DNA from: an uncultured Dehalococcoidia bacterium | GTDB lineage: Bacteria; Chloroflexota; Dehalococcoidia; Lucifugimonadales; UBA1123 | Length of the DNA: 64,000 bases | NCBI GenBank assembly: GCA_951812505.1 | Contig: CATOSI010000001.1 | Coordinates: forward strand, 857,273-921,272 | Direction: 5' to 3' | Shown: piece by piece, positions 46,713 to 54,258 of the stretch | Numbering within the stretch: position 1 is the first letter of the stretch | How the letters are laid out: each line of letters starts with the position of its first letter | Translations under genes and position numbers: made by a program | The notes under the pieces: model-generated | Seen by the model: the letters and a program-made list of their open reading frames with translations, nothing else | Told to the model about the DNA's origin: nothing | The model's database searches: none

Positions 46713-46794
46713 GAATCATAGTTTTTCCAGTACTCAGTTATCAGTCGTCTGTCAGCTTCGGCACGGATTACGCTTGCTGTCGGTTTCAGGAGTG

Positions 46795-47118
46795 TTAATC
46801 ACGCTCTAAGGCGTGGACCGTTCCATGAGGTCGGATGCCGTCAAGTTGTTCTGCTTCGCTTAGCTGTGCGTGATAAAGTTCCCAGCGGAGCTGCAGGTTC
46901 ATCCAGAATCCCGGAGAGACTCCGAAGAACTTGGAGAGCCGCAGGGCGGTGCTCGGGGTAACCCCGCGACGCCCTCGCACAATCTCGTTGACGCGCTGGT
47001 ATGGCACCCGGATGGCTCTAGCTAAATCCTGCTGCGTCATTCCAAGGGGCAGCAGGAACTCTCTCAATAGCATCTCTCCCGGGTGTGTAGGTTCGCGGTC
47101 GGTTGGTATTCGGACCAT
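46795..47118 (-). CDS. higA: HigA-family antitoxin (XRE HTH)
   Basis: THPGEMLLREFLLPLGMTQQDLARAIRVPYQRVNEIVRGRRGVTPSTALRLSKFFGVSPGFWMNLQ is the canonical HigA antidote. Starts at M22 behind AGGAG. Confidence 0.85.
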   Translation of the reverse strand: MVRIPTDREPTHPGEMLLREFLLPLGMTQQDLARAIRVPYQRVNEIVRGRRGVTPSTALRLSKFFGVSPGFWMNLQLRWELYHAQLSEAEQLDGIRPHGTVHALERD

Positions 47119-47132
47119 GCTGAATCTCCTGC

Positions 47133-47426
47133 TCAATGATAGTCGGTTATCTCGACTTCGGCGGGCCCCATGTCGGTCCATGCGAAACAGACACGAAACT
47201 GTTCATTGACGCGAATGCTATGTTCCCCTCTTCGGTTGCCGGTCAGCCGCTCAAGTCGGTTGCCCGGAGGTGCGCGAAGGTCGCCCAAAACGGTAGCGGA
47301 ATCGAGTTGGTCGAGCTTTCTCCGCGCTACTCCCCATACAGGCTGAGGACATATCCGCCGGGCCGTTCGGGTGGCGCGCCCATTGAACACATCCTCGGTT
47401 CCACTATTCCTGAACGATACGATCAT
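47133..47426 (-). CDS. higB: HigB-type toxin (plasmid maintenance system killer, RelE/ParE fold)
   Basis: 97 aa. ...RRKLDQLDSATVLGDLRAPPGNRLERLTGNRRGEHSIRVNEQFRVCF...VEITDYH. Confidence 0.85.
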   Translation of the reverse strand: MIVSFRNSGTEDVFNGRATRTARRICPQPVWGVARRKLDQLDSATVLGDLRAPPGNRLERLTGNRRGEHSIRVNEQFRVCFAWTDMGPAEVEITDYH

Positions 47427-47465
47427 GGTAGCATAATAGCACGGTGTCTATGCTATACCAAGTGG

Positions 47466-47512
47466 TTCTGACAAGACTGAGGGTGCTGGTTTGAGTCCGG
47501 GATGGTCCGCCA
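47466..47512 (+). repeat. degenerate direct copy of the tRNA-Ile 3' half (att-like relic)
   Basis: TTCTGACAAGACTGAGGGTGCTGGTTTGAGTCCGGGATGGTCCGCCA compared with tRNA 46666-46712 TCCTGATAAGACTGAGGTCCCTGGTTCGAGTCCAGGATGGCCCACCA. Most positions are identical and the offset is exactly 800 bp. Confidence 0.7.
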
Positions 47513-47563
47513 GACCCTAACTAGAATTAGGCACCCACAATTGGATCATACAAGCAGGGTATT

Positions 47564-48607
47564 ATGGAATCACTCGATAAAGTCAGCAGAATTCTTGAAC
47601 ATAGGAACTACACCAGATTGGCAAATTTGCTGTCGCGGGCATACGTCGAATTCGACGTATCTACCCAATACGGAAGTTATGCCTACTCCTCTCTTACGAC
47701 AGCCGAGATTTACGCTCCATTCCAAGAGTATGAACGCTTGAAGGCATTCTTGGACGGTGAACGACATCCCATACTTGATGCAATACTCGATGTTTGGCCG
47801 CCAGGGCCATACGGAATGGAAATCACCGGTATCGTCTTCAAACTCAACACAGATTCCCTCATTGATGAATCTGATGAATATAGACAAGCTCTCCAGCAGT
47901 TGGATCGTATTCAGAATATACTGATCGCTGTCTCTACTGGCGGACCGAGAATCCAGTCAGTGAGTCACGATTATTACGATAGATACTCTCTATTTACTGA
48001 ACGATTGGAAACATTGGGTTTACAGAACCCCATACCCTACTCAGATCTATGGGATTGGTATGGAAAATGGAGCAGCGGAGACCTCCCGACGTATCAATCG
48101 CGTCGAGAGTACATCCGTGGCCTTTTGGCCCCCCTTAGGGAGCGTCTCCTTAAAGGCCCGTCGCCGCATGGGACGGAGATGTTTCCAGAGCATACAGGAT
48201 GGTCTCTTGTAGATCGCCAGTTAGGAGAAGCACGGAAGGTGTTGGAGTCAGCATCAACCGAGGAACAATTCCAGTCTGTTGGACTACACTGTCGCGAAAC
48301 GCTAATTTCGCTCGCGCAGACTGTCTTTGACCCAGATCAACATCCACCTGTTCGTGGGGACGATGTAGAGGCTAGCGTGATTGATGGCAAGCGGATGCTA
48401 GACAGATTTCTCGCAGTTGAAGTTAGTGGGAGATCGAACACCCAAGCCCGCAGGTTGGCTAAAGTTTCTCTGGATCTCGCCAATGATTTGCAGCATCGGC
48501 GAACTGCGAACTTTCGACAGGCTGCGCTATGCGCCGAAGCGACTGCTTCAGTGATTAACATTATCGCGATTATATCTGGTGTTCGCGACCCATCGGATAA
48601 CCCTTGA
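47564..48607 (+). CDS. hypothetical protein (347 aa) in AT-rich islet
   Basis: Long ORF in low-GC DNA. The central motif IPYSDLWDWYGKWSSGDLPTYQSRREYIRGLL reminds me of AbiJ N-terminal-domain-type proteins, but this is low confidence. Confidence 0.6.
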   Translation: MESLDKVSRILEHRNYTRLANLLSRAYVEFDVSTQYGSYAYSSLTTAEIYAPFQEYERLKAFLDGERHPILDAILDVWPPGPYGMEITGIVFKLNTDSLIDESDEYRQALQQLDRIQNILIAVSTGGPRIQSVSHDYYDRYSLFTERLETLGLQNPIPYSDLWDWYGKWSSGDLPTYQSRREYIRGLLAPLRERLLKGPSPHGTEMFPEHTGWSLVDRQLGEARKVLESASTEEQFQSVGLHCRETLISLAQTVFDPDQHPPVRGDDVEASVIDGKRMLDRFLAVEVSGRSNTQARRLAKVSLDLANDLQHRRTANFRQAALCAEATASVINIIAIISGVRDPSDNP

Positions 48608-48632
48608 TCCTCAATGAAGGAGTTTAGCTAAG

Positions 48633-49019
48633 ATGTTGAGATTTGAACCAGGGGAAGAATACTCCAGAGCCGACGTCATGAAACAAGCCGGTCATACTGC
48701 CGAGGGAGGACACTGGTACACCGGTATTGTAAAACACGATGGAGAGTTTGTGGTCTTCGCCAATGTCGGTACGGAAGGACGGACAGGCCACGATTATGAC
48801 AATCGGTGGGAAGTGGACACACTTCGCTGATTTCACCAGACGAATTCCCATCTCGGCTGGCCGAGCGTCCAGGCACTCTTGCAAGAAGACAGCGTGGTTC
48901 ATGTGTTTTGGCGTACATCTAACGCAGACAAGTTCAAATATGCTGGTCGGGCACAGACGATTAAAGTATTCGATACTTCACCCGTAGAAATAATCTGGTC
49001 ATTTGGCAGCACAACGTAA
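48633..49019 (+). pseudogene. small conserved-domain gene interrupted by one in-frame TGA (48828-48830)
   Basis: The same frame continues for 62 more codons after the TGA. The joined product ...DYDNRWEVDTLR*FHQTNSHLGW...VVHVFWRTSNADKFKYAGRAQ...PVEIIWSF reads like one domain (DUF3427-like by memory), with the stop where a Trp would be expected. Confidence 0.5.
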
Positions 49020-49160
49020 GGTGAGGGCCATTCTGGGACACCAGGAGAAAGCGCCAAAGGTCCAAGCGCAACCGTGAAGATACTATTCGATCATGGAACG
49101 CTCGCGCCACTCCTACAGCATCTTCACAGCCACCTGCAAATACTCCGTAGGAGGGTCGTC

Positions 49161-49214
49161 TTAAAGCGCCATTGCGTAGCCGATGTTGTTCCTGGTGGGA
49201 GGAGGTCCCGGCCT
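49161..49214 (-). pseudogene. relic of a gamma-glutamyltransferase C-terminus (17 codons + TAA) directly after the GMC stop
   Basis: It translates to RPGPPPTRNNIGYAMAL*. The last 9 residues are identical to the C-terminus of the ggt gene at 50904, and every nucleotide difference is synonymous. Confidence 0.6.
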
Positions 49215-50780
49215 TCACCTGCCCTGCTTGATGAAGTCGGCGATGCGCTCGCCTATCATCAGGACGGTTACGTTGATGTTGGCTCGGACGCACTCGGGCA
49301 TGATGGAGGCGTCGGCTACGCGCAGTCCCTCGGCTCCGTAGAGTTTCCCGTACTGGTCCACGACAGCCATCGGGTCTGAGCTGGGGCCCATCTTGGCGGT
49401 GCAGGAGATGTGGTGGCCGGTGCCCACGTGCCTCTTCATCCACAGGTTCAGGGCCTCGTCGGACTCAAGGTTTGAGTCTTCTGGGTAAACCCTCTCCTGG
49501 ATCATGGCTGCCATTGCGGGATGTTCTTCGAGACTGACGACCTGCCTGACGCCGTCCCTGTACCTGCGCAGGTCTTCCTCGTGGTCGAGGAGGTTGTAGT
49601 CGAGATAGGGGTGGTCCCTGTAGTCACTGGATCGGAGTCGGAGCTCGCCCTTGGACAGCGCCAGGTTGAGCCCGAGTCCGGCTCCCAGTCCCACGAGGTC
49701 GCCGTGCTTGCCGCCCATGTTGCGCCCCTTGCCTGCCGCGGCGGACAGGTAAACTATCATGTCGTTGTGCAGGGGAGAACCCTCGGCCGTGTACCTCACG
49801 AGAAGCTGGGAATTGGGAACGAAGCGTTCGAGTTCCACCTCCGGTTTTGTGGCCCAGAGTAACCAGAGGAGAGGATGGTCGGCGAGGTTCTGACCGACGC
49901 CGGGGGAGTCCAGGATAGTCTCGATGCCGTGTTCACTCAAGTGGTCAGCCGGTCCGACGCCGGAGAGCATTAGTATCTGGGGAGACCCGATTGCGCCCGC
50001 GCTCAGGACTATCTCCTCGGCCTCGACGACAAAGGTCTCATCGTCGGAGACGGCCTCGACGCCCGTTGCCCTGGGACGCTCGCCAGTGGTGTCGAAGAGT
50101 AACCTCTTCACTGTCACGTTGGCCCTGATGGTTAGATTGAGCCGGTGGCGCGAGAGTCCCAGATATCCTATGGACGTGGACCAACGGATGCCGTTGGGGT
50201 TGTTCAGGGGTATGGGTCCCACTCCGGCGGTGCCGGGGGCGTTGTGGTCTTCGCAGTGGGGGTGACCATTGTCCCGCCAAGCCTCGAACCAGGCCTTGTT
50301 TCCCTCCTTCCATTCGTCCTGCGGGAACCTGCGACAGATTATTGGACCGCTGGAGCCGTGGAAGTCACCTGGGTCGTCCTGATAGGTGGTGTCCGTTTCC
50401 AACTTATTGAAGTAGGGAACCAGCTTCTGGAAGTTCCACTCGTCGTTTCCCCATTTTGCCCAGTCGTCGTAGTCCTCGGGAATGCCGCGGAGGAAGACCT
50501 GCCCGTTGATGGCGCTTGATCCTCCGGTCACCTTGCCTCTGGGAATCTCTATCTCAGCTTCCTCGGTGCCCCTAGCCGTGTACTGCCAGTTGTGGTCGCT
50601 GTCCCAGATGGGCTTAGTGGACATGTAGCCGTACTTGACCTCTTCCGGGAGGCTGTCTATGTCGGGATAGTCCGGGCCGGCCTCCAAGAGGAGGACCGAG
50701 GTATTGGGGTCTTCCGAGAGCCTCGTGGCTAGAATCGCGCCCGCCGACCCCGCTCCGATGACGATGTAGTCGTACTTCAC
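49215..50780 (-). CDS. GMC-family FAD oxidoreductase (choline dehydrogenase-like)
   Basis: YDYIVIGAGSAGAILATRLSED FAD fold at the N-terminus, and the typical C-terminal ...DASIMPECVRANINVTVLMIGERIADFI. Confidence 0.85.
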   Translation of the reverse strand: MKYDYIVIGAGSAGAILATRLSEDPNTSVLLLEAGPDYPDIDSLPEEVKYGYMSTKPIWDSDHNWQYTARGTEEAEIEIPRGKVTGGSSAINGQVFLRGIPEDYDDWAKWGNDEWNFQKLVPYFNKLETDTTYQDDPGDFHGSSGPIICRRFPQDEWKEGNKAWFEAWRDNGHPHCEDHNAPGTAGVGPIPLNNPNGIRWSTSIGYLGLSRHRLNLTIRANVTVKRLLFDTTGERPRATGVEAVSDDETFVVEAEEIVLSAGAIGSPQILMLSGVGPADHLSEHGIETILDSPGVGQNLADHPLLWLLWATKPEVELERFVPNSQLLVRYTAEGSPLHNDMIVYLSAAAGKGRNMGGKHGDLVGLGAGLGLNLALSKGELRLRSSDYRDHPYLDYNLLDHEEDLRRYRDGVRQVVSLEEHPAMAAMIQERVYPEDSNLESDEALNLWMKRHVGTGHHISCTAKMGPSSDPMAVVDQYGKLYGAEGLRVADASIMPECVRANINVTVLMIGERIADFIKQGR

Positions 50781-50903
50781 TCCCTGCCTCCTGGATGTTA
50801 CATTGATGCGCCACCTGAAATTACTGCAGGGATGTTACTCACTGATAACGGTGTCGTCAATCTTCGGGGCGCCCTGAGGGTGGGCAGTCGTTCTCCTCGC
50901 CAC

Positions 50904-52703
50904 CTACAGGGCCATCGCATAGCCTATGTTGTTCTTTGCGGAGGCGGCGCCGGCGATTACTCCCTTGTCAGCGTGCCATCGGATGCCCATCACCTTGCCA
51001 TTGGCCCAGGCGTCGGTGCGCTCTATATCGTGGCCGCGTCGTTCGAGGTCCTCCAGAACTTCGGATGGAATGCGGGACTCGGCGACGACGCGCGCAGGGA
51101 AGGCGGCACGAGGGTAGAAGGACGACGGGAAGTGGGTGGAGTGTACGGTCGGGGCGTCGAGAGCTTCCTGCAGGTTCATGCCGAAATCCACATGATTCAT
51201 GAAGAACTGGATTGTCCACTGTTCCTGAGAATCGCCTCCCGGTGTGCCGAATGCCATATATGGCTCGCCGTTGCGGGTGACCATCGTGGGTGTGAGCGTC
51301 GCACGCGGTCGCTTGTGCGGCTCTAGGGCGTTAGGTCGGTCGGAGTTCAGGTAAAACATCTGACCGCGCGTACCGAGAGGGAATCCCAGACCCTTGATGA
51401 CAGGCGAAGTTCCCAACCAGCCTCCGCTCGGTGTGGCGGCGACAACGTTGCCCTCCGCGTCCATGGCGTCGAGGTGGGTTGTGTCGCCTATATGTGCGTG
51501 CCCCAAGCCGAGGTCGCGGACTTCGCGGGCTTCGACGCCGAGGGCGGCGCGGTTGTTTTCGGCTACTGTCATCGCGGTGTAGGCGGGTATGCCTGCGCCA
51601 ACGTCGCCCGGGCGCAGGTCGTAGGAGGCACGTTCGCCGATCTGGGACGCTCTCGTCTCGGCATACCTGTAGGACAGTAGCTCATCCAGGGGAACGTCGT
51701 CGAATTCGGGGTCGCCGTAGTATGCCTCCCTGTCGGCGAAGGCGAGCTTGGAAGACTCGATCCAGCCGTGCAGGTATTCGGCGGTGTTGTGTCCGAGAGA
51801 CGATGCGTTCATCGTGCCCAATATCGAAAGATGCTGCAGGAACGTGGGGCCCTGGGTCCAGGACGAGCACTTATGGACGTCCAGGCCCTTGTATTCGATG
51901 GTGACAGGCTCTTCTACGACGGCGTTCCATTCGGCAAGGTCTTCAAGTGTCAGCAGACCCTTGTGCGCGACGCCGCTGGCGTCTTCGACAGGGTTGTCGT
52001 TGATGAACTCGACTATCTTCTCGGCGACTCCACCTTTGTAGTACTCGTCGCGGGCAGCCTCTATTCCGGCGATGCGTCCCCTACCCTTCGCCTGCTTCTC
52101 AGCGGAACAGAGGGAGCGGAGCATGGCTCCGAAGTCCGGGTTGCGGACAAGCTCGCCGACCTGCGGGACACCGCCGTTGGCGTAGTATATCTCGCCGGTC
52201 GTCGGGTATAGCTCGGTGAACTTCTCGAAGCTGTCCGCGAGTGTCTGGCTGAAGCGCTCGTACACTGGGAAGCCATTCTCTGCCAAGTCAATCGTGGGTT
52301 GAGCGATTTCGGTGAAGCTCATCGTACCGAATCGGGCAAGGGCGGTGGTCCAGGTTCCGACGACGGCAGGGACACAGGCGGGCAGATAGCCATCGCCTGG
52401 TATTAGGTCTATGCCGTTCTCGCGGCACCAGTCAATGGTGAAAGCCTTGGGAGACCACCCCATCCCGGAGACGGAGTAGGTCTTGCCCTCTTTGGCTGAG
52501 TAGATCAGGGTCGGGACCTCGCCCCCGATGCCGCAGGACTGCGGCTCCAGCAGCGTTTCGCAGATGCCCATGGCAGCGGCGGCGTCTATAGCGTTGCCGC
52601 CGCGCATCATAATCTGGAGACCGACAGAAGTGACGAGGTAGTGCCCCGAGGTTACAACTCCCCTTGCGCTCATGACGACCGGTCGTGTTGTGAAATTCGC
52701 CAT
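50904..52703 (-). CDS. ggt: gamma-glutamyltransferase-family protein
   Basis: MANFTTRPVVMSARGVVTSGHYL N-terminus. Autoprocessing site context HIGDTTHLDAMD. RBS AAGGAGAA before ATG 52703. Confidence 0.8.
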   Translation of the reverse strand: MANFTTRPVVMSARGVVTSGHYLVTSVGLQIMMRGGNAIDAAAAMGICETLLEPQSCGIGGEVPTLIYSAKEGKTYSVSGMGWSPKAFTIDWCRENGIDLIPGDGYLPACVPAVVGTWTTALARFGTMSFTEIAQPTIDLAENGFPVYERFSQTLADSFEKFTELYPTTGEIYYANGGVPQVGELVRNPDFGAMLRSLCSAEKQAKGRGRIAGIEAARDEYYKGGVAEKIVEFINDNPVEDASGVAHKGLLTLEDLAEWNAVVEEPVTIEYKGLDVHKCSSWTQGPTFLQHLSILGTMNASSLGHNTAEYLHGWIESSKLAFADREAYYGDPEFDDVPLDELLSYRYAETRASQIGERASYDLRPGDVGAGIPAYTAMTVAENNRAALGVEAREVRDLGLGHAHIGDTTHLDAMDAEGNVVAATPSGGWLGTSPVIKGLGFPLGTRGQMFYLNSDRPNALEPHKRPRATLTPTMVTRNGEPYMAFGTPGGDSQEQWTIQFFMNHVDFGMNLQEALDAPTVHSTHFPSSFYPRAAFPARVVAESRIPSEVLEDLERRGHDIERTDAWANGKVMGIRWHADKGVIAGAASAKNNIGYAMAL

Positions 52704-52992
52704 CGTGTTCTCCTTGCCTGGGGCAGTTGTCAGTATAATCATTAGTTGTCAGTTCTGGGCGTAAGGGCGATTGTTCGGACGACTTCGCTCTGCGTCTAAG
52801 CGCAAGTTTATACGAAATGAGTGGAGAATTGTATATACTGTCGCCTACCCCACTAGAGAACGAGCGCGCCCCAACTTGAGACTTAGACACAGAGCGTCGA
52901 ACACCGAGTGCGAATCCGAACACGATTGCCCCACTGCTCATCCCACTAAAGAGCCTGCGAGCGCCGGCCTTATCCTGAAGCCCAGAAGGACT

Positions 52993-54219
52993 ATGTTCTC
53001 GATTTACCGAGGGTGGTGGGTCGTATCCGTGCCATTTCTCGCGGCGGCAATAGGGACCGGGGCCGGCCAGTACGGATTCGGGATATTCATCGCACCGTTG
53101 GAAGAAACATTCGGCTGGACGCGGTCCCAGATCAGCGCGTCCCTGTCTTTCACCGCGGTCGGCAGCCTCATCGCGCCGATTCTGGGCCGTATCATGGACA
53201 AGTACGGCACGAAGCATGTGATTACGATTTCGCTTGGCCTGACGGCCGTCGGGTTCCTTCTCCGCCCATTTATGACCGAACTCTGGCACTGGTACGCACT
53301 CAGCCTGCTACAGTACGCCGGATACACAGGAGCGTCTATGCTGCCCGCCGGTAAGCTGGTGGGACTGTGGTTTAACCGGACCCGTGGACGGGTCATGGGC
53401 ATAACCGCGATGGGAAACAACTTCGGGGGCCTCGTAGTACCGCCGATGCTGGGCGGTATTCTGACGCTGGCATCATGGCAGGGAGCGTACATCGCACTCG
53501 GAGCGATGAGCGTCCTCATGGTCGTGTACGCTTTGCTGGCGGTGCGAGACTTTCCGTCGGTATCTGAATTGGGCGATCAGCTCGATGAAACTCCGAGCAG
53601 CGGCAGCGGGTCTCCACTTCTGAGCGGAGCGTCGGTGAAGGACGCTCTCAGGAGCAAGGCGTTTTACGCCATCACGCTGGCCATCGTCATGGGAACTTTC
53701 ACGTACTCAGCCATTCTCCCGCAGATAATTACTCATCTGGTTGACCAGGGAGTCTCCCTCACCATCGCGACAACTGCGTTGAGCGTTTTTGCGATTTTCG
53801 GCATGATCGGCAAATTCGTGATGGGTTTTATAGCGGAGCGGATATCCGCTCGATACACGCTTATGATCAATCTATTCGGACAGGCTGCCTTCGTCACAAT
53901 GTTGATCTGGGCGGGTTCACCGCTGATCATGTGGATTTCGGTACCGCTGTTTGGTTACTTCAATGGCGCCTTCGGGGCGCTGTTTCAGCTGGTGGTGCAG
54001 GATGCTTTCGGCATTAGGAATTACGGCAGCATCATGGGCATGATAAACATGTCGTCCATGATTTCTTTTGGAATTGGGCCGCTTCTGGCGGGGTTCTCCT
54101 ACGACATAACGGGAAGCTACGAGTTTGCATTCGCAACCGTGGCGATTATGTTCACAGTCGGCGCTCTGTCGCTGACACAGGCACGAATCAGGGTGGCTTC
54201 GGAAGCGGTCGCTCGCTAA
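52993..54219 (+). CDS. MFS transporter (oxalate/formate antiporter-like)
   Basis: Starts MFSIYRGWWVV behind AGAAGGA; 12 TM segments. The upstream 74 codons of the ORF track are judged non-coding. Confidence 0.75.
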   Translation: MFSIYRGWWVVSVPFLAAAIGTGAGQYGFGIFIAPLEETFGWTRSQISASLSFTAVGSLIAPILGRIMDKYGTKHVITISLGLTAVGFLLRPFMTELWHWYALSLLQYAGYTGASMLPAGKLVGLWFNRTRGRVMGITAMGNNFGGLVVPPMLGGILTLASWQGAYIALGAMSVLMVVYALLAVRDFPSVSELGDQLDETPSSGSGSPLLSGASVKDALRSKAFYAITLAIVMGTFTYSAILPQIITHLVDQGVSLTIATTALSVFAIFGMIGKFVMGFIAERISARYTLMINLFGQAAFVTMLIWAGSPLIMWISVPLFGYFNGAFGALFQLVVQDAFGIRNYGSIMGMINMSSMISFGIGPLLAGFSYDITGSYEFAFATVAIMFTVGALSLTQARIRVASEAVAR

Positions 54220-54258
54220 CCAGGCAGCCGCCCGCCGAGCTTTTGGCCACACTGGCTA

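Larger units (their letters stand above)
46713..49160. mobile_element. tRNA-Ile-associated genomic islet (TA module plus AT-rich cargo, no integrase)
   Basis: It starts at the tRNA 3' end. A degenerate 47-nt copy of the tRNA 3' half lies 800 bp downstream. The cargo from 47.5 to 49.0 kb is visibly more AT-rich than its flanks. It carries higBA, an orphan gene and a disrupted gene. Confidence 0.45.

Noticed and set aside
48828-48830. In-frame TGA in the islet gene as a selenocysteine codon
   Set aside because: There is no convincing hairpin within 40 nt downstream. The position corresponds to an expected Trp (TGG), not a redox Cys. The gene is in horizontally acquired AT-rich DNA. A nonsense mutation or sequencing error is more likely.
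49100-49160. Extended nucleotide homology between the region downstream of the ggt relic and the ggt-GMC intergenic region (GCCACCTG...ACT..GTAGG-like strings)
   Set aside because: The short patches of similarity occur at different distances from the respective stop codons. I cannot distinguish them from chance without a formal alignment.
49215-49217. TGA of the GMC oxidoreductase as Sec or programmed readthrough
   Set aside because: The GMC protein ends at the usual family C-terminus (...GERIADFIKQGR). The downstream in-frame peptide is explained by a ggt relic. Being in frame has a one-in-three chance. I kept it as a finding only because of the synonymous-only divergence.
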